Origin: Octopus vulgaris
Lineage: Eukaryota
DNA length: 64,000 bases
Reading direction: 5' to 3'
NCBI GenBank assembly: GCA_951406725.2
Contig: OX597814.1
Coordinates: forward strand, 17,732,001 to 17,796,000
This document shows positions 13,627-27,826 of the stretch, one piece after another; the stretch's first letter is position 1; each line of letters begins with the position of its first letter. The notes beneath the pieces are model-generated. The model ran no database searches. It was not told where the DNA came from and saw only the letters and a program-made list of their open reading frames with translations. The position numbers and the translations under genes are program-made.

Positions 13627-13688
13627 CTTTGTCTCATATCAGACGTTTCTAATAATTAAGGACATAAGAGTAAAGTGTAAAGTGTCAT
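13627..13688 (-). pseudogene. Candidate first exon (62 nt, phase 2) for the 12042-12483 exon, with in-frame TAA
   Basis: Reads MTLYTLLLCP*LLETSDMRQ(AG)|gtatga; strong donor, phase matches the acceptor at 12483; second in-frame ATG at 13637. Confidence 0.3.
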
Positions 13689-13939
13689 TAATCGTTTTAA
13701 AATTAAATAAATAACTAAAAAATAAATCAAGAATCTTTAGAATCAGCAACAGTATGCAAACAATGTCGGACACAGAAGGTTGTGCAGAGTCGCGAACCAA
13801 AACGAAAACATGTTTTCGTTCACTCATCAAGTTATATTACGCTTCCAATAGTTTTAGGGAAACAATGAACACTGCAATGCGTAATAAACTCCTTCTATAA
13901 ATAATCCCCCCTCTCTTTCTCCCCCTCTATCTCGCTCCT

Positions 13940-13972
<33 letters not shown>

Positions 13973-14138
13973 CACGCACGCGCGTACACAGACACACATA
14001 CACAATATACATTAGTTAAACACGTGTACGGCAATTAGCGGAAAGATCAAAATGTCCCGATAAAAACCACTTCGCCAGCCGCGTTATTATCCACAAATAT
14101 GACGATTTCGGCGTTTGAAAACACACACACACACACAC

Positions 14139-14570
<432 letters not shown>

Positions 14571-14904
14571 AGCATAAACTCATGGTGATATAGTCATATT
14601 TGTGTACATGTGCTGGTGTCAACGTATATGCATACAGTGAGATATGATAAAGAAGGAAAAGAGGAAAGATGGAAAAAAATGAGCGAGACAGAGAGAGAGA
14701 GAGAGACAAAAAGAAGCGGGCGGAGGGGGGAGGTGTTTAAAGAATGAAGTTAGGCGTTAGAGGCATAGTAAAATAGAGACATAAATAATAGAACGGTGAT
14801 TCACCTGCTTGCTTTAAAACATAAAACCCAAGCATCCGTTTGTGAAATATTTCAATTCGTTCTTTTATACTCGATCTTTACGACAACCAACCGAATACGA
14901 GAGG

Positions 14905-14971
<67 letters not shown>

Positions 14972-15045
14972 AAGATGTCAATATGAATGCATTTATGTCT
15001 ATGAAATGTGTTTTCACACATGCTCACATATACACACATCACATG

Positions 15046-15115
<70 letters not shown>

Positions 15116-15130
15116 TTTATACATAAACAT

Positions 15131-15362
<232 letters not shown>

Positions 15363-16233
15363 TATATAAAGGGAAATCTGTACGCATATACTTTTACAAA
15401 CATATATATATATGTAATATGCGCATCCTCGCTCTTAAAGACTCACACATGTGGCATGCAAACTTCTATTTGTGTATGTGCGCACGTGCGCATGCGCGGG
15501 TGTGTTTATTTATTTACAAAAGGAAATACACAACGAAGCCATGTTTATTTTGTCGTTCCTTGTAAGATATTCCACTTCGTCGCTATTCCAGCTTTTTCTC
15601 ACCGGAAACTCCGAGTGCCAACAATGTGCGAGAAAAATTCACAAATACGCGCATGCACACACACAGACACACATACAACACCCCCCCCCACACACACACA
15701 CACACACAGAGGCGCATATCAAAATAAATATCGCAAAATTAGGATAACATCTAACGTAATCGTATTAAGTTATTAAGTTTATATGTCTTGGCGATGTAAT
15801 TCAGATTTTGTTTTTCTTAATGCTTTTAAAATCAAATATTATAATTCTATTATTTTCTCCCTCTTACTCTCTGCTTTCTTTCATGATATTGTTCTGTTTT
15901 CTGCTACTCTTTTAGTAGTATTTGTAACTCTAGGAACATGTATTTATCGTTGACTAACTTATAATATTCACCAATGAGTCCACCATGCCTGTCTGACTGA
16001 CTTATCTATTTATCAATCTCTCACTATCTTTCTCTCTCCCTTCTCTGTATGTATCTCTCTATCGTGGTGACGCGTCAGTGAGGGAGTACACAATTTGGGG
16101 AAATTACACCTTACTAACTGCTACTCTCAGGTCCGTTCTGTCCTGTGTCTGGAGTTTCTGAGAAGGCAACAGTTATGGGTGAAATAGACAGAGAAATCAG
16201 ATGTGTTATTCAATCCCCACCTATGCACCTGTA

Positions 16234-16658
16234 CAGGAGTGGCTGTGTGGTAAGTAGCTTGCTTACCAACCACATGGTTCCGGGTTCAGTCCCACTGCGT
16301 GGCAAGTGTCTTCTACTATACTCTTCTACTCTTGGGCAAGTGTCTTCTACTATAGCCTCGGGCCGACCGAAGCCTTGTGAGTGGATTTGGTAGACGGAAA
16401 CTGAAAGAAGCCCGTCATATATATATGTGTGTGCGTGTATGTTTGTGTGTCTGTGCTTGTCCCCCTAACATTGCTTGACAACCGATGCTGGTGTGTTTAT
16501 GTCCCCGTCACTTAGCGGTTCGGCAAAAGAGACCGATAGAATAAGTACTGGGCTTACAAAAGAATAAGTCCCGGGGTCGAGTTGCTCGATTAAAGGCGGT
16601 GCTCCAGCATGGCCGCAGTCAAATGACTGAAACAAGTAGAAGAGTAAGAGTAAAGAGT
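16234..16658 (+). mobile_element. SINE family A, near full length (tRNA head, cttgggcaagt core motif, internal TA/TG microsatellite, AAGAGT tail)
   Basis: A box tggctgtgtgg, B box ggttcagtccc; matches at least eight other copies in the window; small internal duplication at 16301-16353. Confidence 0.9.
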
Positions 16659-17176
16659 ATGTATGAGTATACACTGATGATACATGAGCTAGCCAACTTG
16701 TTTCAGGGTTAGCGGTTAGATTGGTTCCATGTTTCAAGGACAGAGTGAGCCTGTCTCTGTTCCGAGCAGGAAACTAGCAGAGTAAAGAGTAAATATATCG
16801 GCAAATGGTAACAGGGAAATATTCTTGCATGACGTATGGCGTCCTCTGAATGGTTTTCATTACAAACGGAGATTACTATCTTGTTCACAAGAAAAAAAAA
16901 TCGTTGGAATTTGGCATGTGGACACATGATCCCTAGGAAACAGGAATTATACATAGGAAGTGTGAGAGAAAATTATGCATATTTTCATTAAATGAAAGAA
17001 ACTGTTGCTGATGAATAATAGCTTCAAACTTTGGCATAAGGTTAGAAATTTTCCAAAGGAAAACGATTTTATTCACACAAATATGCAACCGAAGAGTTTA
17101 AAGTACCAGTAATAATAAGGCTGTTGACTGGGAGAACACAAACATGGTTTAAACAGTAAGCTTGGCTGGAAAGAAA

Positions 17177-17615
17177 CGTGCACATTCCCACGGCTTTATC
17201 GATCGCATTCTCACCTGGAATCGATTTTTGTAATTTTTTCAAGACTTATACACGCCCTGATACCGTCGGTATCTACATAAAGGCGGTGAGCTAGTAGAAT
17301 CGTTAGCATGCTGGGCGAAATGTTTAGCGATATTTCGTCTGCCGTTACGTTCTGAGTTCAAATTCTGCCGAGGTCGGCTTTGCCTTTCATCCTTCCGGGG
17401 TCGATTAATTAAGTACCAGTTACACACTGGGGTCGATCTAATCGACTTAATCCGGTTTTCTGTCCTTGTTTGTCCCCTCTGTGTTTCGCCCCTTGTGGGT
17501 AGTAAAGAAATAGGTATCTACATATCAAATTTGAGCGCAATCGGATGGAGGATGCCCGAGATCCTAGAAAATACACACACATACAGACAGACAGAATGGA
17601 TTCTATATATATATG
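17177..17615 (-). mobile_element. Helitron-like non-autonomous element interrupted by a SINE
   Basis: Flanks 17177-17279 and 17513-17615 join to give the reverse complement of 58310-58490. Confidence 0.65.
17280..17512 (+). mobile_element. SINE family B, full length, 12-bp TSD
   Basis: ggtatctacata at 17268-17279 and 17513-17524; B box gagttcaaattc; tail ccttgtgggtagtaaagaaata. Confidence 0.93.
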
Positions 17616-18028
17616 CATATACATAGAGACAAATTTGCATTATATACATATCTGCTGTGACGTGTTTTTACAATCTGTATTTTGATATATGAATTCAGAT
17701 CGTAACTATGTTGTTCTTTATCTTTACATTTGGCGAATGCAAAAGCGTTGACGCGCAACTGTACAAGTGCAACTGTTTTCTATGTTAACGGTAACAGAGT
17801 TGGATTGTATATATTCAGTTTCGAACTGCTTAGGTTTTTTCTTTTCTTTTTCTATATTGTTATTTACAACAAATTCAAACATTGACACACACTCGCGCGC
17901 ACGACGACATATACAACTTCAATGATTTGCAGTACACCTGAGGACTGTATTCAATAAGCATATTATTATAATTATTATTGTTGTTAATATATATGTATAT
18001 ATATATATATAGACAAATATATACATAG

Positions 18029-18091
<63 letters not shown>

Positions 18092-18113
18092 GACAAATAT
18101 ATATATAGACATG

Positions 18114-18158
<45 letters not shown>

Positions 18159-18523
18159 ATATAGTCATATACATATCCAAATATATATGTATACATTTAC
18201 GTATGCACACACATTATATATGCATGTGCTTGTGCATATAAGCACAGTAAATTCGTGTGTGTCTGTGTGTAATATAAATATACACAAATATCAATAGATA
18301 CATGCATGCATATGTGTGTACGTGCGTGTGTGTATGTGAAATATTTTTATGCATACAAATTTCCACAAAATTATACGCACAGAAATACAAATACACGAGT
18401 GAGATCACGTGCAAATATAAACATCCATTTGCAAACAAACATGGCGTTACTGCTATTGTTTGCTTGTTTATTTGTTTGTCTTTGTTGTATTGTATATGTG
18501 TGCTTGGAAATCTTTTTGTTTAC

Positions 18524-18581
<58 letters not shown>

Positions 18582-19057
18582 ATATGCACACAAAGATACA
18601 TGTATGTATGTGTGTATATATGTATGTATGTATCTATGTGTGTATGTATGTATGTATGTATGTATGTATGTATGTATGTATGTATGTATGTATGTATGTA
18701 TATATGTGTGTTTGTGTGTGTGTGTGTGTAGTGCATGTATTTATGCGTGTACTTATGTATGGAATTACACAGGCATTGTTTTTAACACTGTAGGTTGTCC
18801 TTTGAAAATGAGATTAAATTAATTAAATTACTCATTTTATAGAGATAATTAAATATTAACACGTCAAATGAGTGAGTCTGCTTACTTGTCTATGTTGACA
18901 CTGGCAGAAAACAGTGAAGGAGGAGGAGGAGGAGGAGGGAAGAGGAGGAGGAGGAGGAGGGGGTTGATGATGAGGAGGAAAGTGGAGCAGGAAATGTAAG
19001 GATTAGAGATTGGAATGAATGAGAGCAACAAGAAGTATCGGACAAATCATATATGAT

Positions 19058-19095
<38 letters not shown>

Positions 19096-19749
19096 GTAGA
19101 TAGATAGATAGATATTCATATACATGTGTGTTCGTACACACATACATACATACATGAATTTATCTTTGCATATATATATATATATATATAAAGAAGCAGT
19201 GTTTGGAAAATTTTGAAATTACAGGTATGCTTAAAATAAGCAAAAATCTTAGATAAATCATTAAATATGGTTGTCAAAATTATAGTAGCAAGAGAAAAGG
19301 CAAGACGAAAAGAGGAACTAGAAAGAAGGAGGGAGAGAGAGAGAGAGAGGAAGGGAGAGGAAGAGCGAGCATGGAAAAGATGTTGATAAACTAAAGATGG
19401 CGTAAGAACTACAGCGTAAATCCTCAGAATAAAGACAAAAGGAAAAAGAGAAAAGTATCAGAAAGTATACGAATTTAATCGGAAAAGAGAAAGTAGAGTT
19501 TAAACATATTTCAAGAGATAAATCTTGAACGTATGGAAGCCATTTTGCATTTGTGACACATCCTCAAGGGGTAGGCATAATTTGCCCAAATCAAGAATTC
19601 ATGCAGTACGGTATGTGACTTTACCTGTATTTGACTGCTTTCACATATGCATTCCACTGGTCACTTTGAATTATTTCTCTTAGCTCATTTTTACTTAATT
19701 TATGTACATTACCTCCGCCATAGATGTGTTCTACTCTTTTTATATATAT

Positions 19750-20040
19750 ACATGGGTCAGTTGTTAGAACATTGGACTTGCAATCATGATGTTGTGAATT
19801 CGATTCCTGTACCTGGCTGTTTGTTGTGTTCTTCTACTGTAGAAATGAGTTGCGACGTCACAGATGCTAAGCCTTTGCTTTTCCCTTGGGTAACATCGGT
19901 GACGTGGAGAGAGGGGTCCGGTATGCTTGGGCAACTGCTGGTCTTGGTCTTCCACAAACAACATTGCCCGGACTTCTGCCTCGGAGGGGAGCTTTCTAGT
20001 TGCAATCCCATGGTCACTTCTGACTGAAGAGGGTCTTTGC
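19750..20040 (+). mobile_element. SINE family D copy with degenerate tRNA-like head
   Basis: Head ...gtgaattcgattcc; 3' half is homologous to 20712-20853 in inverted orientation. Confidence 0.75.
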
Positions 20041-20499
20041 TCTGACATCCCTTGGCAGTTGGAAACAGTTTAGGGAAGCTATCGTGCAAATGGCAATTAT
20101 TGAGGAAGTAATACGTGTCCTGAAGTGACTACTTATCTCCAGACAATGACCTTTTGCTTTATAACACGTCAGCTTTGGAGAAACTTCATTCTTGAGATTA
20201 TCTCTCATTCTCATGCGAAGCTGTTCTCATTTGCAGTTTGGTAATTTGGTAAAAGTAGTCGAAGATAACATTAATAAAAGAAAAATTATATTGTGTGGTA
20301 TTTGATATACTTGTATTTGTCAATTAACTATTGTCTACTGTATACATACACATACGTATGTAGATACAAATATACATATACAACATTTATATATACATAC
20401 ATATGTATAGATACATATGTATATGTTTATGCATACACTGCATACACATTGGTGTGTATATATTTATTAATATACCTCTTTTATTCTCTCTCTCTCTCT

Positions 20500-20647
20500 C
20501 TTTCTGTTTATTTTCTCTTATTCCTTTCTGTTCAAGAGCATGGGCTCAAAACGTAAAAGACTTTCCCACTTTCCCGGGCATCAAGCACCTGCTCGTTGCT
20601 CATACACCTGTCTTCGTTTTTTTTTTTTTTGTTTTTTGTAAATTCTC

Positions 20648-20650
<3 letters not shown>
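20500..20650 (+). mobile_element. Penelope-like terminal repeat (family E2) next to (TA)n
   Basis: Inverted homolog of 52499-52650; hammerhead-like scaffold CTTT-CTGTTCA-A-GAGC-atgg-GCTC-AAAAC-GTA-AAAG at 20524-20559. Confidence 0.55.
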
Positions 20651-20711
<61 letters not shown>

Positions 20712-20714
<3 letters not shown>

Positions 20715-20853
20715 AAGACCGTCTGCAGTCACAATTGACCATGGGATTGCACCTAGAGAGCTCCCCTCCGAGGCACAAGTCCGGGCATTGTTGTTTGTGG
20801 TAGAGCAGCAGTGGGCCAAGCATACCGGACCCTTCTCTCCACGCCACCTGTGT
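20712..20853 (-). mobile_element. SINE family D 3' fragment
   Basis: Reverse complement aligns with 19890-20040. Confidence 0.8.
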
Positions 20854-20982
20854 AATGGTTAGCACATCTAACATTCGATAGAAGGTTCTGATTCGATTCC
20901 CAATACTGTTCCTTTCTTTTTTTAAGCCGGTGCTGCAGCACGGCCGCAGTCAAATGACTGAAACAAGCAACATAATAAAAAG

Positions 20983-21019
<37 letters not shown>

Positions 21020-21216
21020 GTACGTATGTATGTACGTATGTATGTATGTGTTTATGTACGTATGCATGTGTATGTGTATGTGTGTTTACATGCATGTATG
21101 TATTTCATTAATTAGGTTGTATTTGATGGCAATAAGAAAATATCATTCCTAAGTATATTCCAACACTTTTTCTGTAGAATATTTGAAATTCATTAACAGA
21201 AACACGCACGCAAACG

Positions 21217-21285
<69 letters not shown>

Positions 21286-21294
21286 CTACACACA

Positions 21295-21341
<47 letters not shown>

Positions 21342-21556
21342 TCTCTTTCATACACACACACTGGAATTCTTCAGATCTATACTTTTTTTTCTTTAGTTAA
21401 TTTATTTTCATTTTTCTGAACCTCAGAGAAGCATTTTTTAAATATGGACATGTGTGTGTATTTATGTAGATTTATGTATATGTGTGTGTGTGTATGTGCG
21501 TGTGTATAAGTATATACATGTGTGTGTGTGTGTGCGGATGTGTACGCATGCATAGA

Positions 21557-21612
<56 letters not shown>

Positions 21613-22278
21613 GTGTGATTATGTGTCATCGTGTGTGTGCATGCATATGTATACAAAGATTGGTAAAAACAAAGATTATAGATAGATAGATAGATAGAAG
21701 GAAAGATCACGTGGTACACTATTTGAAGACTGTTAAAGTCGTTAACGTTGCTCTCTCGCTCGTTTTCGAAATGACACCATCATGTCAAATGATTTAGTTT
21801 GCTCTCACTCCCTTCCAGCAGATATACGCTCCCTAATTATTGTGTCTTCAAATTGGATAGAACTTAGAGAAGAGGGAGATGAGGGAATATCTTTGGCTTT
21901 GCCAGAAAGGGGAGGGATATATATTTTTGTTGTGCTTTTTTTTTTTCCTATTATTTTGTAGCCTTGATTTTATGTTTCATTGGTGTTGTTTTTATTTGTT
22001 GCTTTCTTCTTCATGTTTGTTTTCGTATTGTTTTTGGTATTCTGTTTTATTATATTACGTTTATCGAAGTTGGCGTTAAAGATGACATCCGTCATGTTTA
22101 ATTCTTATGTTTTCACTCATATTCTCTCTGCTCCTCTTCTCTTCTCTCTCTCCATCTACCTCCCTCTCTCTCTCTCTCTCTCTCTCACACACACGTTTAT
22201 ATATTGTGTTTGTGCATATGTATATGTATATATATATATTTATATGTATATATATATATATATATGTCCATATGTATA

Positions 22279-22356
<78 letters not shown>

Positions 22357-22385
22357 CTGTGTGTGTGTGTGTGTGCGAGAATGTT

Positions 22386-22595
22386 TGTGTGTCTGTGTTT
22401 GTCCCCCTAGCATTGCTTGACAACCGATGCTGGTGTGTTTACGTCCCCGTTACTTAGCGGTTCGGCAAAAGAAACCGATAGAATAAGTACTGGGCTTACA
22501 AAAGAATAAGTCCCGGGGTCGAGTTGCTCGATTAAAGGCGGTGCTCCAGCATGGGCGCAGTCAAAATGACTGACACAAGTAAAAGAGTAAAAGAG

Positions 22596-22597
<2 letters not shown>
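22386..22597 (+). mobile_element. SINE family A 3' half
   Basis: gtccccctagcattgcttgacaaccgatgc...gctccagcatgg...aaaagagtaaaagagt. Confidence 0.9.
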
Positions 22598-22653
<56 letters not shown>

Positions 22654-22877
22654 TCAAATGAAAAATAAGAAAATGGAGATATACCATTTAATAAAGATCA
22701 ATTATTAGGAAATATCATAGCCCCTACACCATGGTTTATATACAAACCTATTATTTCACGAATATTGTTATTCCCAATAAATGTTGGGTATTGAACCATA
22801 ATTCCTTGAATGACACCATCCCTTAACGAGGCTAATTTAACCTCTAATTGAATTGTGTGTGTGTGTGTATATATATA

Positions 22878-22922
<45 letters not shown>

Positions 22923-23009
22923 CTATTGCCTTATGTTGCTAAATCAAATGTCATGTATATGTGTGTGTGTGAGTGTGTGTGAGTGTGTGTGTGCGTGAGT
23001 GTGCGTATA

Positions 23010-23925
23010 CACATACATACATACATACATACATACATACATACATACATACATACATGCATACATACATTCATGCATGCATACATTCATACATACATGC
23101 ATGCATGCATACATACATACATACATACATACATACATACATACATGCATACATACATTCATGCATACATACATACATACATACATACATACATCGATAC
23201 ATACATACATACATACATACATGCATACATACATACATGCATACATACATACATGCATGCATACATACATACATACATGCATACATACATACATACTTAC
23301 ATACATGCATACATACATGCATGCATACATACATACATACATACATACATACATACATACATACATACATGCATACATACATACATACATACATACATAC
23401 ATGCATACATACATACATGCATGCATACATACATACATACATACATACATGCATACATACATACATACATACATACATGCATACATACATACATGCATGC
23501 ATACATACATACATACATACATGCATACATACATACATACATACATACATGCATACATACATGCATGCATACATACATACATGCATACATACATTCATGC
23601 ATACATACATACATGCATACATACATACATACATACATACATGCATGCATACATACATACATACATGCATACATACATACATGCATACATACATACATAC
23701 ATACATGCATGCATACATACATACATGCATGCATACATACATACATACATACATGCATGCATACATACATACATACATACATACATACATACATACATGC
23801 ATACATACATACATGCATGCATACATACATACATACATGCATACATACATTCATGCATGCATACATGCATACATACATACATACATACATACATACATAC
23901 ATACATACATACATACATGCATGCA
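23010..23925. repeat. ~900-bp (CATA)n tetranucleotide array with interspersed CATG variants
   Basis: Direct reading; source of the 200-370 aa HTYI/MYVC ORFs. Confidence 0.97.
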
Positions 23926-24230
23926 AACATGCAACATGTAAATGCAAAAGTATAATCTTAACACAAATACAGAAACTCTGCGATAAAACACAGATTTCTT
24001 CTGTTGCTTATTCAGAACAGCCTCTTGATTATTCTGCTCTGGTTTTACTTTGTTTAAATTTTTTTTTTTTTCATTTGATTACAAAAGAATTTTGATTATG
24101 TAAACAATGATAAATCAATCGATATATCAATCAATCAATAAATAGAGAACGACACCACACAAATATATATATATATGAATAAATGAATTATGCATGAAAC
24201 AAATACATGAAATAAACAAAGCATTATTGC

Positions 24231-24262
<32 letters not shown>

Positions 24263-24373
24263 CTATATACATACCTACATATAGATATATGTATATATAA
24301 ACATTCACACATTCTCACATATATATATGTATATATGCATATATGTATATGTATATGTATATATATATATATG

Positions 24374-24416
<43 letters not shown>

Positions 24417-24508
24417 ACACACACACACACACCTTACACAAACACAATTTCATTCAGTTAAGTTTGTGTGTGTATAGTACATTATAATAATTTTGCACGT
24501 GTGTGAGT

Positions 24509-24543
<35 letters not shown>

Positions 24544-25102
24544 GTGTGTGCATATGTATGTGTATGTGTTAATTTAGAAAAATAATAAAAAAAACCCATC
24601 TGATTTAATGTTGATATTTTTGTTTTGTTTTGTTTTGTTTATTTTTCGTTTGTTTGTTTGTTTGTTTTTGTTTTTTTTTTTCACATAAATAAATCAATTT
24701 AGTTTTCTTAATGATAAACATCTCTTAGAAAAACATGCAAAAATTCCATTCAAATTATTCCTTTAATTAGAATGCTAGTTATTTATTTATTTATTTATTT
24801 ATTTTTTCATGCGTTTATATTTATTTATGCTAATGTGTTATGTCGTATGGTCTGCTTTGCGTGGGTGGGAGTCGTAGGGGGAGGGAGGGAGGGTTATTTT
24901 CTGTCTTATTCAGTTTAATGTATGCTGTTATTTTTGGTTTAGCTTTTTTTTTTATTGTAGTTTTTTTTTTTTTCATTCATTCTTAAAACATTTGCACTTT
25001 GACATCGTTTCTCAAGACGGGTGTTATTTCATTACTAAGATATTCTTTGTTCATTTGTTCAGGCAATGTATGTAACTATTATGCATGTATATATGTATGA
25101 AT

Positions 25103-25138
<36 letters not shown>

Positions 25139-25285
25139 TCTTCCACACCCCGTCCTTATTTCTCTCTTAGACGTATACACGAACAAGACACACACACAGA
25201 TTGAACACCTAATTTCCTTTACTACTTCTGGTTTCCTGAACTCCACCCGTAATCTATTACATGACACACCTCTCTCTCTTGCACA

Positions 25286-25352
<67 letters not shown>

Positions 25353-25358
25353 TGTATG

Positions 25359-25397
<39 letters not shown>

Positions 25398-25401
25398 ATG
25401 C

Positions 25402-25433
<32 letters not shown>

Positions 25434-25440
25434 ATCTATA

Positions 25441-25535
25441 GGCGCAGGAGTGGTTTGCTTACCAACCACATGGTTCCGGGTTCAGTCCCACTGCGGGAAA
25501 GTGTCATCAACTATAACCTCGGGCCGACCAAAGCC

Positions 25536-25585
<50 letters not shown>

Positions 25586-25780
25586 CTGTGTCTGTGTTTG
25601 TCCCCCCCCACCACCATCGCTTGACAACCGATGTTGGTGTGTTCACGTCCCCGTAACTTAGCGGTTGGGTAGACCGATAGAATAAGTACTAGGCTTCCAA
25701 AGAATAAGTACTGGGGTGGTTTTGTTCGACTAAAGGCGGTGCTCCAGCATGGCTGCAGTTAAATGACTAAAAGAAATAAG
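25441..25780 (+). mobile_element. SINE family A copy with internal deletions
   Basis: ggcgcaggagtgg...ggttcagtcccactgcg...gctccagcatggctgcag. Confidence 0.88.
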
Positions 25781-25794
25781 AGAAAGAAGGAAAG

Positions 25795-26032
25795 AAAGAA
25801 CGAAAGAAAGAATGAAAGAAAGAAAGAAAGATATATAAACCATACTGCAATAGTTATATCGACCTAAGATGGCTGCTTGTCAAAATCGAACCTAGTTTGC
25901 TTAATACTAAAACAATATTACAAAATAGAACAATACCGTTTCGGCCATAAATTGGCGGAAGCTATTTCTAAGCAAAATTTATAAATCTACCTTTTAATTT
26001 CAATTTGTTTTGTATTATTTCCGTAAATACAT
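25795..26032 (-). repeat. Right copy of ~230-bp inverted repeat (partner 717-945)
   Basis: Reverse complement of 717-945. Confidence 0.92.
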
Positions 26033-26480
26033 TTTTTTCTACATATTATTATTTATAACCTCAACTGTTATACCTCGCCATCAAACGAACTTTCTTTTAA
26101 CCGCAACACGTCACCAATATATTCTATTTCTGCAGTGAATTACAAGCTATGCTCACAATACTCAGGAACGTAGGTTTGACAGAGTCAATATTATTTCAGT
26201 TTAGAATTGCGCTAAATACAACTTTATGTCGTTATACCTGATGACGACACATCTCATCAAAGTCTTTGCAGCCATGACTATCTCGTTGTTCTTTCGAGTA
26301 TTGCGTGGCTCACTAAAGCCACAGTTTTTAGTACAGATCTATCACCAACTTGTCAAAGAAGATTTACTTAAGAATGAGTAAATGCAGGAATCAGAAGTGT
26401 AATTTAGACTATAAAATCATTACAAATACAATATACATGTATATATGTAATATACATATATATATATATATATATCATAT

Positions 26481-26721
<241 letters not shown>

Positions 26722-26762
26722 TATATATATATATACATATGTACGTACATACATTGTATATG

Positions 26763-26821
<59 letters not shown>

Positions 26822-27634
26822 TGTATTTTATGTAGTTGTGTATAGATATATGAATTCTTTTTTGTACACACAGACACATATACATATATACATATATACA
26901 TATATACATACATACATACTGCAAAGTTTCAAAAAATTATTATTTTAAATCGCTAAACAAAGAAAGAACTATCCCTGCAAAACGTTAAGAGAGTATTTAG
27001 GCAATCAGAAGACAAAAATAGTTACTCAGCCGTAAAACAATTTCTCGGTTGATCTGTCTTTCTCCGAGCAACGAACATTGATAGACTAAAACACTTTTTT
27101 ATAGAAAAATAATAATAAATATACAAAAACTCGAATAATGCGTTAAGGAAAAAAATACTAGTGAAAATATATTAAGATGGCGTTGGGGGAGAGTGTTTTT
27201 TTTTTTTTTTTTCAATGGAAGAAAGCTCTGCGCCATATTAAAATAGTTAGTTATTCATTGTACCTGAAATATAAATAACCTGAAAATGTAGTGTGAGTTT
27301 ACTACTTGTATTAGTTTCTTCTGACTAGACACGAAAATCTTTGTCTTACGTTTACAGTCTGAAATTGAAGGTTTTAAATTGGAAATAAGAAGACGACAGT
27401 TTTCTAGAAAGCCAAATAAAGAATCAATATAAAATTTGTTGTTGTTGCTGTTGTTGTTGTTGTTGTTGTTTGGCTGCATGTCATAGTTGATCAAGGAAAC
27501 TTATTCAAAAAGCCTTTACATTCGTGACCAGAAGTCTTGTTTTTACCATGCATAGTGTATCTACTAGTACATGATCTTTTGTCACCATTATATATATGCA
27601 TATGTATATACATACATTATATATATATATATAG

Positions 27635-27668
<34 letters not shown>

Positions 27669-27684
27669 TGAGAGAGAGAGAGGT

Positions 27685-27768
<84 letters not shown>

Positions 27769-27826
27769 GTTTCTTTATTGCCATGCACATATATATACAA
27801 GGTAGATTTTCTTTGGGGGATGAAAA
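27769..27826 (-). mobile_element. Family F 3' end in (GATA)n
   Basis: gtttctttattgcca...tacaaggtaga...ttttctttgggggatgaaaaa matches 2232-2310. Confidence 0.65.

Noticed and set aside
21721-21853. 10-bp inverted repeat atttgaagac/gtcttcaaat ~130 bp apart
   Set aside because: Too short, no TSD, no second copy
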